A DNA stretch of 64,000 nucleotides from Eledone cirrhosa. Taxonomy: Eukaryota. The translations under genes were made by a program, and so were the position numbers. Under the pieces are notes generated by a model that ran no database searches, was not told the DNA's origin, and worked only from the letters and a program-made list of their open reading frames with translations. This document shows positions 13,360 to 26,220 of this stretch, in pieces. Each line of letters begins with the position of its first letter. Positions within the stretch are counted from its first letter, which is position 1. The stretch is from contig OZ024740.1 of NCBI GenBank assembly GCA_964016885.1, positions 140,492,001 through 140,556,000 of the forward strand. The letters run 5' to 3'.

Positions 13360-13736
13360 GTAAGTATGCATGTATACGTACATACATATATGTATACAGA
13401 CGTACAGTAGCATGCATATATATATATATATATATATAGGAACCAGTAAGACCCCGACAGCTGAGCTCAAGCCGTTTCTAACGCCGCTTTGTTCGTTTGT
13501 AAACAAACTGAACAGCCTGAATTTATGCCATACGGTTGCCTTAACACCGTATGGCATAAATTCAGGCTGTTCAGTTTGTTTACAAACGAACAAAGCGGTG
13601 TTATAATAAGCGTCCGCTAAACTGATACGTGCATATATGTATGTGTACCTGTATGCATATGTATGTATATATATATATGCATGCTACTGTACGTCTGTAT
13701 ACATATATGTATGTACGTATACATGCATACTTACAT
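13358..13736. repeat. Nested inverted repeat (58-bp inner stem, ~70-bp outer stem)
   Basis: 13479-13536 pairs with 13546-13603 (one G-U, 9-nt loop); 13358-~13427 pairs with ~13667-13736. Confidence 0.92.
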
Positions 13737-13792
13737 TTAAGTAAGTGCCATACTAAGAGTGAGAAATGAAATTTCGTTTTCATTTTATTTCA

Positions 13793-13866
<74 letters not shown>

Positions 13867-13966
13867 GTATGTATGTATGTATGTATATATGTATGTATGT
13901 ATATATATATGTATAGGTATGTATGTATATATATATGTATAGGTATGTATGTATATATGTATATAT

Positions 13967-14377
13967 GGGAGAGATGACCCCTTAGCCTTTGTCAAGGCAG
14001 AATTCTAGGAGAAGGAAAACTCTGATATCACACCTGCAACTCTGATGGTATCCAATGATGTTGACTTGTTCTTCTTTTTGGTAAATATCTTTTTGGTTAA
14101 GAGAGTGGGACTGGCTTTGTGCAGTGCCTTTGCTCACTATAAAAGCTTCACGGCACAGGCATTGCTTTATATCTGGAGATCTCTCTGCACTTGTCGTCAC
14201 ATGGTACCATGGGCCCAGCACTATGTGACAATAATTGTCACAAGTGTAGTGTTTGTACCAGAGTTTTCAAGTCGCTGGCTGGACTAAAAAGTCACACTCG
14301 TTCAGCGCATCGGTAGGGGTTCTCCTACATGGATATAAAGTAGTGGCCGTACTCGAAAACGAGTTGGCAGCCACCAT
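13967..14377 (+). mobile_element. Bipartite RTE derivative, 5'-truncated copy 2
   Basis: Matches 8220-8630; contains the intact mini-ORF 14209-14316 MGPALCDNNCHKCSVCTRVFKSLAGLKSHTRSAHR*. Confidence 0.8.
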
Positions 14378-14409
14378 ATATATATATATACGATCATCAA
14401 TATATGAAA

Positions 14410-15770
14410 TGGTTCATTAGTTCCACAAGATTGGAGAGATGCAATATTTATGCTTTTCAAAAGAAAAAGGTATCAAGTCATGCTGTGGTATCTCCTCACT
14501 GGTAACAGTTGAGAAAATATTTGTCAGATTCTTACTTAATCGACAGCAGACACATATGTCCCATTATTGTTCTGGTGTTTCAATGTAGATTTAGATCTGC
14601 TAGAGAAATCACAGATATGATCATTGGGGTCAAACAGTTATAGAAGTGCATAGAACAAGCACTTCCCCTTCATCTGGTATTTGTTAATCTAACAAAAGCC
14701 TTTCATACCGTAAACAGAAATTCTCCGTGGAGAATCTTGGAGAAGTTAGGGTGTTCACTTAAGTTTGTCAGTATGTTTATCCAATTTCACATTGGTATGA
14801 AGGCCTACCTTAACTTTAATGGTGATCTTTGTGAGTAATGGTGTAAAACAGGGAGGCATATCTTGTTTACAATACATTTTGCAGCTGTAATTGACTATGC
14901 ATTTCAAAACTGAGTTAGGCATCTTTGTCCCCTATTGTGCAACAGGTAAATTTTTTAACTTGAGTTGTCTCAAAGCAAAGTTGAAGAGCTTATATGGCCC
15001 TAGTTTGCTATTTGGGATCAGATTGAAAGTTGATGAGGCCTCTATTGCATTTGGTGCTCTTGAAAAATGACTCTGGTCAATTAAGGACTTAAAACTTACC
15101 ACAAACCTCTGCATTTATGATACATGCATTATCAATCAATGTTGTACATATCTGAGACATGGATGCCATACCAACAGCACATCAAGATCCTTGAAAGAGT
15201 CCACAACAGATCTTTGAGGCATATTTTGAACATCAACTGGAAATTTTAACTTGACACAAAGGTACTGGAAAAGGAACGTGGCCTGATTTTGAGCTTGCCT
15301 CATTAGGTAATATTTACACTGGGTTACACTGGTAATATTTACACTGAGTCACATCATATCTCTTGATTTCAGGCTTTCAGAGCAATTATCTAGCAGTGAA
15401 CTAACTTTGGGTAAACATCCCCAACACAAACTAAAAAAGAGTTTTCAGGAGGTCACAAAAGCCAAATGTAAGTTCCTGAAAATTAGTACTACAGGCTAGG
15501 AACATCTCACTTTGAATAGGAGTGAACAACAATCTATGACCAGGGAAAACTGCCTGGAATATGGAAAGAATCAGATTGCTCACCAAATGAAGTGCAATGC
15601 TGGAAAGCTGTGAGTTGTTAATCTTCTATGTGGCAGGAGGACCTGAATTGATCTTGCCTGAACTGTATGTAGTTGAACCTCGCTTTCAAAAGCCAGTCAT
15701 ATCAACAGCACAAGACAAGACCTTAATTTGCGTGTAGTTTCATCAGCCATGTTTGAGCACTGCTGTCCTA
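14410..15770 (+). mobile_element. Old, heavily mutated RTE (BovB/AviRTE-like) RT and 3' region
   Basis: Decayed motifs: DAIFMLFKRKG, KIFVRFLLNR, LHLVFVNLTKAFHTVNR.SPWRILEKLGC, GVKQG, ETWMPY, LRHILNI.W. Confidence 0.7.
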
Positions 15771-16000
15771 CGTGTTTAATGGTATATACATTTGCTACTG
15801 GGTTGAAAATTCATGTTATTGAAATGCACAAGGATGCAGCCCTTGTTGGTTGTGTATCTGTCGAATTTCCATGCTGTGTATGCCATGGAAAATCCAAGTC
15901 AAAGTCATCTAAGAATCCACAGTAGAAAACTGTTAGATACTGTTTGATGACTGTGATAAGAAAGTGGTTTTCCTTAGATTAAAGTTGAAGACTGCACTAA

Positions 16001-16075
<75 letters not shown>

Positions 16076-17179
16076 GCACATATGTTGTTGATGTCTCTTG
16101 GTATATGCTATACAATAAATACTCTCTCTCTCTCTAAGTTATATTTATCTTCAGTGAACCAACAACAACAGCAAATGTAATTAATTAATCAATATTGCTA
16201 ATTCCTCACACAAATTGGTTCAGTCAGTTAACTGTGTGTGTGTGTGTATATATAGCAACACTCACACACTGGTATAAACACATTAATATATAACTATGTA
16301 TAGGCACAACTACTTAAACAGCAAGGCAAGAAAAAAAAAATCTTTCATTCAACTTATCAGTCTGCATACACATACATGCATACACACACAACAAATATAC
16401 ATACAAGATTTATAACACATATACACACTTGTGTGTATGCACCCACACATGTAATCATTTTTTTTCTTTTTAGGTTAATTCATGTTAGTAAGAATGGGAG
16501 AGCATTATTGAAAGCTGAATTTAACTGTGGATGAGTGGGGGGATGTGATGATGTTCTACATATGTCTATAGGGTGTATTTGAACAAATTTTAAATCACAC
16601 AGTTGTTTTAGATTTTAGTCAGCATCATTTCTTGTGTATATAGTAAGTATGCATAGTGTAATCATTTTTTGTATATGTAGTTTGAAAAAAAAAAAATTTA
16701 TGAATTAAATTTGCAGCTCACACTTGTGCAGATTTTGCTGGCCTCTTATGAGGTTTGCATTCTATCGGAGGTTTCTTTGGATGTTTTAATTTAGGGTCCC
16801 TAGTCTTACCATGAAAAGCAATGTGATATGAAGTCTGGTTCAGAAATCAAACTCACAAGCTTATAATTGTGAGTGCAGTATCTTTACCTTTAGGCCATGC
16901 CACTCTTTGTATGTAGTATATATAAAAAGTAAAGGAGCATGGCTTAGTGGTTAAGGTGCTGAGTTCAATGTCCTTGAGCAAGACACTCTACTTCACGGCA
17001 CTGGTGCCAAGCTGTATCGGCCTTTGTTTTTCTCACGGACAACATCGGTGTCATGGGGAGGAAAGGCTCGCATGCTTGGGCAACACCTGGTCTTTCACAA
17101 AATAATTATCATCCTGCTTACTTTCGCCACCCTATTCTCAGCCTAACTCCCTTGTAAGGTAAGCAGGGACCTTCTGTTA

Positions 17180-17490
17180 CATTATATGATTGACAATCTC
17201 TCTAGTGTTTGTGCCACGATAAAACACATCCAGTACACTCTGTAAAGTGGTTAGTGTTAGGAAAAGCTTTTGCCCATTGAAACCATGCCAAAAATGGTTG
17301 AGATGACCCTCCAGTTGTAGCCCAACAACCTCTCTAGTGTTGATGCCTCGAAAAATGTACCCAGAACACTTTAAGGTGGTTGGTAATAGGAAAGGCATCC
17401 AGCTAAAATGGTCAAGAGGACTTTTCATGTGTGTCAAGTTTCCTAGTACTGGTACCACGATAAAATACACCCAGTGAACTCTGTAGAGTG
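17180..17490 (+). repeat. Minisatellite-like array of the ~45-bp RTE 3'UTR repeat
   Basis: Repeated gtgccacgataaaa.ac..ccag.acactctgtaaagtggttggt units; similar arrays at ~1870-2080, ~4700-4860, ~49500-49700. Confidence 0.6.
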
Positions 17491-18156
17491 CAGGAACATA
17501 ACGTAAGCAAGATGCGATTTCCCACCCCAGCTTGACTGTGAAGTTAGTAGCTCCAATTAAGTACTGACTTGGTCTGTGACACTCCATCCAGCACTTGTTA
17601 TAGCAGGGAAAATGGATGTTAAATGATGATAATGAAGATAAATATGGAATATAGTTCTTATATGACCATATCTTATCTTGGACTTGGACAACTCACTCAG
17701 CCCATACCAGCATGGAAAACAGTTATATGATTATATCCCCCCCCCCCCCCCCACACACACTCTCTCTCTCATCATTCACAAATGCAGGCATACAATGTGT
17801 ATAAGTAGAAAGATGTTATGTGCAAGTCTGTATGACCATATGGCTGTGTGTGTGAGTGTGTACATCTAAATATTATACAAACATATATTCACACTTGAGT
17901 GTGTGTATTCATTAATCTAAGTTTTGGAAATGTGAAAGGTTAAACTGCTAGGCTATGTTGCTTTGTTATGAACAGAGTAGGAGGAGGAGTAGGAGATAAG
18001 CACCAAGTTTGACCTTTCTGACCTTTCTGATTGCTGCACCCTTTATCTCTGCAGCAGCTACTTCATTGCATAAGACATGTTAGAAGTATATGTGGTTAGA
18101 CCTTCCACTTAGAAATATGTTTATATTGTTGGTTCTCCTTGTTATTTTATACTTGT

Positions 18157-18367
18157 TAACCCTTTCTTTATCATATTTCTCATGTTAGATATTGCCTCTA
18201 GTTTTTAAAATGTATTTTGTTTTTAATAAAGAATTTGGTGGCATTTAGTAATTAAAATAACTTTCTCGTTATGATGAAAAGGTTTTAGATAAATGTAAAC
18301 ATCTTAAAACTGTTTTATATCATAAGACCAGGGCTGGCTTCAGTTGATTCCGTATCAAAATGTTTAA
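18157..18367. mobile_element. piggyBac-like MITE family member (TTAA-CCCTT termini)
   Basis: ttaaccctttcttatcatatttct... Related copies or ends at 19683, 21495-21677, 22610-22865, 23245-23484, 40900-41130, 42955/45006, 61168, several ending ..tggt.atgaaagggttaa. Confidence 0.6.
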
Positions 18368-19911
18368 TATTCAAAAGTGGTCAATCACTAGAGTCATTAG
18401 AGCATTGGATAGAATGTATTGTGATATTTCTTCCAGCTTTCTGTACTCTAAGGTCAACTTTACCTCTCATCTTTTTGTGGTCAATAAACTACCAGTTCAG
18501 TGCTTATACAGCCCTTTCTCCTCCCAGCTATTTCATCTTAGATGCTCTGCTAGATCAAAGGTAGGAAAGTTAAGAGGGTGCCTGTGTCTTTATCCATGTC
18601 TTTCTTGGTCTTCCCTTTCTAAAAGTTCCTTTCACAGATATACAGATGATTGATTTTGACAGTTGGAAAGTGGATTAATGTGGTCAAATTAGATCTAATC
18701 CTCACATATGCAGTTTCCATCTTTGGAATTGTGACTAGTTGAAGATTTCCACATTGGTAATTGCCAAGTGTGGTTGGCATCTGTTCATCTTACCTTGGGT
18801 TTATTGGTTGAAGTTGGCTCAACCCATTTCAAATGAACACTGACTCAAGAACAAGTTCAAGTAAGATGACTGTTGGTTAACTTGGGTGTAGCTGACCTTG
18901 TTAAGATACCATGTCCAGAACCCTAGCTATAAAAATATGAAAATCTTCAGTATCAGTTATAGTGGAACTTGATTGCAGCTGTAGTATTCCTATCCAATTT
19001 ATCAGTGAAGGCATGTGGTCTAGTTGGTTAGGATCTTGGACTCACAATTATAAGATCGTGGGTTTAATTTTCTTATTGTGATATTGGGTAAGATTATTTA
19101 TTTCATGTTGCTTTTTATGATAGGACTTAAAAAAACCTAGGGGACCAGCTAAATTTGCATAGGCGTGAACTGTAAATTTAATTTGATTTTTCTTTTTTCA
19201 ATCTATCATATCTTTTAGTTTCAAACCAACATTGATAGCCATATGTTAATCATCATTGAATATGTTAGTCATCAATGAATATATATCAAAGTGAAACAGT
19301 GGAATTTGTTGGAACTAGAGATGGTCTGCCTAGGTAAATAGTAAATGAAAAGTAGAATAAATTGTATTGCCATGAGGAATAAGGGTTGTCTGGGGTATTT
19401 TGGAGAGATGAAATGTTTACTGATAGTGCTGAATAAATAGATTGAAAGTAGTGAAAGAGATTTAAAAAAAGAAAGATAATAGGGATGAATAAAAGAGGGA
19501 GATGGTAACAAGGTGGAACAGATGTTAGTGGGAGAAAACTGGCGGCCAAAGCAAACACTAGAATGATGGCAAATGTGAAAAATGGAAGGAAAGGAGTTAA
19601 GATCAGAAGAGAAAACATTTCAATGTAAACACACAGCAATTCAAGATATCCTATGTGTTTCTATGAATTAGAAACATATTCTTTAACCCTTTCCTTACCA
19701 TATTTCTTGTGAAAACCACTGCCTATGATTTTCAAATAATTTTGAAGATAATTAATCTAGAATTTGGAGGGTTTTAGTAATATAACTAACTTTCTTTTTA
19801 TTAAGGTGGTGTTTGGAGCATAACTTGACAAAGGTTCTTACTGTAAAAATTTTGTTGGGAATTTTAAAAAAATAAATACAAACACTTTAAAACAAGCAGT
19901 TTTATATCATA

Positions 19912-20720
19912 CTAGCTGATTGACCCGGCATTATCCGGGTTACTGCTGTTCTTATTCAGATTAGTAAACAATAAATATGGAGATATATTTTTTTCTTATA
20001 ATTATTTCAAAATATCTATATTTTATAAAAAAGAATATCAAAATTGTAATGATAATAGAATTTAGAAATGAAAATCTGTCAATCTTGAAGCACCTCAGGG
20101 TAAACAATATTCATTGTAATTTTTTGTTGGTGCCCAAATGAATAAATTGTTGCTGCTTCCAACTCGTGAGCAACCAATATAGAGTTGAATGTGGGAGAAA
20201 CATGTAGTAGAGAGATCAAGTCCAACTACCTTGAGGGATTGACCTTGAGATTTGTTAATGAAATAACAAAACTTAGTTTGACTGGTAATTGAAGCCTCTT
20301 AAATTCAGCTTTACATACACTCACACACACACGTATATGTATGTGTAGATGTGTGTGTGTGTGTTTAATTCTCTGTGTATCTGATTAACTATTTACGTGA
20401 AGATGTATGTGTATGTAACTTACTAAGGCCTAACGTATGTAAAAAAAGCGCACACACACACACACACAGACACATACACTCATACGAAATGTGACGACGA
20501 CGTCGTTGTCGTGGTATTATAAAATGTTGTTTACTTATAGTCTATAGTAGAATATTTTAGATAAAATGTTATATTGTTTTAATCCAAATGAAAATAAAAA
20601 TTACATGTTAATCCCGGGGTCTAATACTATTATCTTATAAAATATGACTTGATTTGGTCGAGCTGTTTGAGAATGCATAAGGAAACAGACAGAGATAGAC
20701 AAATAATTTTATATAGAGAG
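19912..20720 (-). mobile_element. Non-autonomous Helitron retaining the Pif1 helicase C-terminus, inserted in a TTAA MITE
   Basis: Minus-strand 3' end: hairpin cccgg-ataatg-ccggg, then ..CTAG|T at 19912. ~20130-20310 (-) encodes [42 protein letters not shown]. The host MITE resumes at ~20724 (aaccagg). Confidence 0.85.
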
Positions 20721-20923
20721 AAATAACCAGGAGTGATTTCAGGTAGTTTTGTATCACTAACACCAATGCCTATGTTTGAATTTCTGGCAACAGTAATGTA
20801 TTTGAAACATCTTCAGACATACTTCAGGAAGACACTTTCATTTTACCTCTTTGTAACTGTTATGAATTATGTAATGTGTACCTTTTTATAAAGAAGATAG
20901 ATAGATACACACTCCTAGGAGGA

Positions 20924-21102
20924 TTAGATTTACTGCTGTAAAACCTTATATATATATGTATATATATATTGTTGAACAAATAAAACAGAATAAACACAGG
21001 GACGCAAAAATACAAAGTAAGACTTTGCATCCCTGTGTTTATTTTGTTTCATTTGTTCAACAATATACATATATATAGGAGGTTTTACAGCAGTAAATCT
21101 AA
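20924..21102. repeat. Foldback hairpin, ~80-bp arms
   Basis: ttagatttactgctgtaaaacct..attgttgaacaaat.aaaca.aataaacacaggga.gcaaa pairs with tttgc.tccctgtgtttatt.tgttt.atttgttcaacaat..aggttttacagcagtaaatctaa. Confidence 0.88.
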
Positions 21103-22010
21103 AGCAAGGTTTAGCAGTGTAAGGTCCCATGACAGGCTTCATATTCATGGGGTCCTTTTTGAGGCTTTGGAGGAATTATAACTCAGAGTGCAGAGAGCCA
21201 CAACAAATATCCAAATCTCTAACAAAAACAAATATTTTAAAGTTACTTTCCCTGCTAAAGCAGGAGCTAGCCTTGTGGACCCCCTTGACAGGCTTAATCA
21301 TACTTATTATAAGGTGTTTTATGGCCAGATGGCCTTCTTGATGCCAACCCTTTTAGTTGCCTCTTACGGCATGCAAGGATATGATGTATCTATTCTAATC
21401 TGGATACACCTGGAATAAATATTCCAGAACATTCCATCCACCAGTCTAATGTCTGTGCTAATTCACAGCCTAAAGCCAATAGCAAAAGTAGGTGTTAACC
21501 CTTTTGATCCCAAACCAGTTCTTATTTAAATTAAAATTTCCCAACATAATTATTTTTTTATAAGAACCATATATTATTATTGCAGTAAAAAATAATTCAT
21601 AATTCACGTAAATCCCATAAAATTTTCATCATTAAAATGCAATCTATTTCATTATAAATACAGTCACAAAAGGGTAAATATAGTTATGATAATTTGGATG
21701 TTGATGACAATTGTTTTTTCTGAACTTATGAATTTATCTTAGACGTGGTGGAAATTCATGGGTAGATCAAATATGGAACATTCTGGAGACTCTTGGAGAC
21801 CAAGAGGAGAAAACAGCTTGAAGTACTTCAGTGAGTATAAACAATAGAGGGTGGTACCATTTGTATATATATCCTGAACTGTGGTTGACTTAAAGATTCC
21901 ATCCTGGACAGACATCCTTCAGATTCCATTAGCTGTGGTAGCCAATTGATTCTCTGCACACATGCTTACATGCACATACATACACAAACACAGAGCTTAT
22001 GTAAACGCAT

Positions 22011-22200
22011 ATCATCATCATCATTTTACGTCTGCTTTTCCCTGCTTGCAAGGGTGGGACGGGTCCTATTCAGGACAGCATCTCTCCACTTGTCATAATC
22101 TTTCGTCATCTCTTCCGTGAGCTTCAGCAATCTGAGGTCTGCTCTCACCACCTCTGCCTATGTTTTTCATGGTCTTCCTCTACTGCGTCTTCCTTCCTTC
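22011..22200 (-). mobile_element. 3' fragment of the short-UTR RTE subfamily
   Basis: Matches 61595-61780, including the ttttccctgcttgcaaggg tail. Confidence 0.85.
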
Positions 22201-25200
22201 TACTGAACACAACAAAGAATTTATATAGCACATATATATGTGTGTGTGTATACACATACACACACGCATATATACATACATAAAACCTGAAGTTTATCAT
22301 TCATTGTTATCACCACTAATTCCCCATTGATATTGTCTTCTTCCCCAGTTTCATTATCAATTTAATGTTAATTACCCACACTGGCACATGAGTTGTATGA
22401 GCACTCTCTCTCTCTCTCTCTCTCTCTCAATACTTGATTAATCTTATTAACAAGTCGTGATACTAACTGAAATGATATCACAGTGAGTTAGGTAGTGTAA
22501 ATTTGTTAATGAATTTAAATTGGTTTAACCGTTTCATTGCCTATGATTTTCAGTTAATTTTGAAATTAGAAATTTGGAAGGAATTAATAATGTATCTAAT
22601 TTTCTCATTACCTTTTTGATACAAAACCTGAAACTACCTCTAATTCTACGATATAAGGCTGTTTATTTTAAAGTGTTTATATTTATCTAAATACCTTCCA
22701 TCATAATTCTATGTAAGAACTTTTGTTAAATTATGCTCCTGGACCAGCAAACAATGAAAAAGTTAGCTATATTACTAAATCCCTTGAAATTCTTGATCAC
22801 TTTTAAAATTATTTGAAAAACATTGGTTGTGTTATCCATTAGAAATGTCTTAACGAAAGGGTTAAGCTAGTGTTTGGAGCATAATTTAAAAATGGTTTTT
22901 ACATTGAATTATGATAGGTTTTTTAGATGAATATAAACACTTTAAAACAAACAGTTTTGCATTGTAGAACCAAGGGTAGGTTAAAGACAGTTGAAAGGTT
23001 AAAACAGTTAATATTAATCACAGGGGTGTATATGAAGTTAATATTAGTGTATATATTTAGCTGCAGGCATGGTTGTGTGGTCAAGAAGCTCATTTGATAG
23101 CCACATGCTTGTGAGTTCGACCACATTGCATGACACTTTGGGCAAATTTTCTACTATAGTTTTAGGCTGACTAATGATTGTGACTGAAACTTGGGAGACA
23201 GAAACTCTGTGTCTATCTCAGTGTTGGTCTTCATGCTGACATTACTTAACCCTTTTAATACATGGTCTATGTGTTTCAATTAATTTCGAAAATAGTAAAA
23301 ATTATGGAAGAATTAAATAAAATTACCAACTCTTTCATTAGTTATTTGGAACATTAAATAACCAAAAATTACTTATATAAAATTATGATGGAAGGTTTTG
23401 ATATAAGCATGAACGCTTTAAAATAGGCAGTTTTATATCATAAAACCTTGGTGATTTCAGCTAGCTTGTTATCAAAATGTTTAAACAACCAGTGATGTAT
23501 ATTTATGTCTTGCAGCTCAGTGGTTTTATAGCTAAAGATCAATGGAACATACCATAATTTAAAAATCAGTGTTAGCATTAAGAAGGGCATCTGGCCATAA
23601 AATATTGCCTCAAAAAGCCTTGTCCAACCCAGGGCAGCATAAAATAAGCAGATGTAAAAACGATGGTATTAATTTATGTAATTTTTTTCTTCCATTTTTT
23701 TTTTAAATTAGAAATAATCCTCCCATCACCTCACTGTTTTGATTCATATCAAATAAACTGGTTAAGTACTTTGTTTCTTCCAAGAATTACCCCCTACCCC
23801 CACTGATTATTACCATCTGTTGTTGCCAGTCCATGCTAGAAACCCAGCCTGATTCCTACCAAAATAATGATATTAATGATTATTTTATCATCATCATCAT
23901 CATCATCATTATTATTTTTTATTTTTTTGGAGGTATGACAAGTTATCTGATGAAGATATGAGGAAAGATTAAATATAGAAAAAAATTGAAATGTAGCCCA
24001 GTAGTGACTTAGAACAACATCACATCACTATTTCAGTAACAACAACAACAATATGAATAAACTAATCCAGATTAATTGGAACAGATTTCAGTCTCAACCA
24101 CTATATACATTTGACATCAAGTCTCAACCTGTGATGCTAGTTTTAATCTCATAACACAAAGGAACCAGGAAAAATGTCTTGACCCTTTTAATACAACCCA
24201 ATTGTGATCACCCATACCAAAGTATCACATCTATTTCAACAGCATGAATGACCTATGTTTTGGCAGTACAATGTGCTTTATTTAAAGATCAGTACCTTAT
24301 TTAAAAATAAAATAAGGGTTGACATCAGGAAGGGCATCTGGTAGTAGAATACTACCACAAAAAGATTTCATCTAACACATGTAAGAATGGAAAAGCAGAC
24401 TTAAAAACAATGTTGATGATGATAGGCATGAAAGGGTTAAAGATAGTTCAGTCAGTACTGGAAAGTAACAAAATACTTTACACTGCTGTCGAAATGAACA
24501 AATTTCAATTTACAGCTCATACTTCTGGCTTTCTATAAAGTTGCATTTCAGGTTGTTTGGATGATTTTATGATAGGGACCACAGTCCTATCCTGAAAAAT
24601 AGAAAATGAAGCAGCTCGCTTGAGAACACAATGCACCAGAATGCATGGCTCTGAAATCTAACCCACAACCTTGTGATTGAGACTCCAATATCGTAACCAC
24701 TAAGCCACATGCATTCACTGCTGTTGCTCTCTTATGTAGTAAACGAGGCCACCCCTATGGTTTCTATTTAGAGCAAGGCAAATTCATCTATTGAGAATTG
24801 TTTTAGCCATGAACACAACACAGTTCAAGTGACAGGATATAAACCAGCGATTGCTCAGTTGCTTTGTCTAATATCTTGTCGACATTACATTTACAATGGA
24901 TTACAGGAAATTATAGCCATTTACTACAGACTGCAGACATTGTTTGTGTTCTTGTAGGCTAAATGTATAAGTATTCTACTAGTGTACCATCTAAACTGAA
25001 TACATATGTGTACACATACATCTATACCATGTAATCAAATCACAAAGGAAATTACATTTTTCCCCCCATAAAAAAATTCATATATGTATATATCATTACT
25101 ATCACTGTTTTTATGTTCATTTTCCTATGCTGGAATGGGCTAGACAGGAAATTTTGAGACAATGTTTACAGGCAGATGTCCTTCCTGATACCAACCCTTT

Positions 25201-25419
25201 TAGTTGCTTCTTATTGTACTCCTATTCCAAAAACCAGTATACAGCATCATATATATAATATATATCCTCATCATCTAACATCCATTGTACCAGGCTAGCA
25301 TGGGTTAGACGAGTTGTGCCGTTGTGAGATAAGCCAGATCAGATGACCATGTCTTGTTCAAATAGGGCTGATATTGATGATATATATATAATATTATTAT
25401 TATATATATATATATATAT

Positions 25420-26220
25420 ATGCAAAAGGCAAACAGAAATAAAGCAAATGACAGTACAATGAAGAAATAGTAGGAAAAGAGTCTTAATGTTTCGGACACT
25501 AGTTTTTCATCAGAATATAAAATGAGTAATGAAAGAAGAAATAGAAAGATAGAGGAAAGTGGGCTGTGGCAGAAACAAAAAAATTCTTTGAGAAAAAACA
25601 GGTCTATTCAAGTTGCCATCTTGGAAAACTTTTGAACCTGGCGTTGGGGTATAAGAAAATCAGTTGGTCATGTTTTAAAAGTTGTGAATGAACACATCTA
25701 GCTGAAAGGGAAAAAATTGTATTGAATATAGACCATGTGTGTCTATGTATGTGTGTGCTTGTTGTTTGTCTGTATGGAGCTAAGGATATGCATGTGTATA
25801 TAAGTTTAAGAGCGTGCGTGAGTGTGTGCTTTGTTGTAAGTACGAAGCTGTGAGGATATGTGTGTGTAAAAGTTTAAGAGTGTATGTGTGTTAGTTGTTG
25901 GTCCGTACAGAGCTGTGAGAGTAACTGTAGTGTGTGTGCGTATTGTTGGTCTGTAGCAGCTGTAAGAGTGTGTTTCTGACCCGTAATAGCGGGTGAATGT
26001 GTGCACAGGCATGTATGACAGCAGATGAGGTAGGGGTGAAAGTGGTTAGGGTTACAGAAGTAAGCATGAGCATATGTGTGCAAGATTAAAGAAATTGGGG
26101 AGGAGAGTTGAGTCCATTAGGGAAACTGGACCAAGGTGGAAAATCAGACTGCTTGGTCCTGGTGCATGAGGACAGCAATCTGTGATGTAAAAGGACACAT
26201 GGCACAGTTTCTATCTAAAT
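25420..26220 (-). mobile_element. Probable Penelope-like remnant with a minimal hammerhead core
   Basis: Minus strand 25489-25513 reads CTGATGA-aaaactagtgtcc-GAAAC; an RNCAMCPF-like Cys motif near 26190; interrupted by TG-rich repeat. Confidence 0.45.

Noticed and set aside
17180-17490. Repeat-spacer-like pattern suggesting CRISPR
   Set aside because: Degenerate RTE 3'UTR repeat units in a eukaryotic context, with no constant repeats or cas genes.
21743-21830. Apparent exon (ttag|...|gtgagt) ending SLKYF, superficially like tetraspanin exon 1
   Set aside because: Lacks CC..Y..F.FN..FW and has the wrong phase. It reads better as a decayed RTE segment (SWVD.I; LLETKRRK..LKYF).
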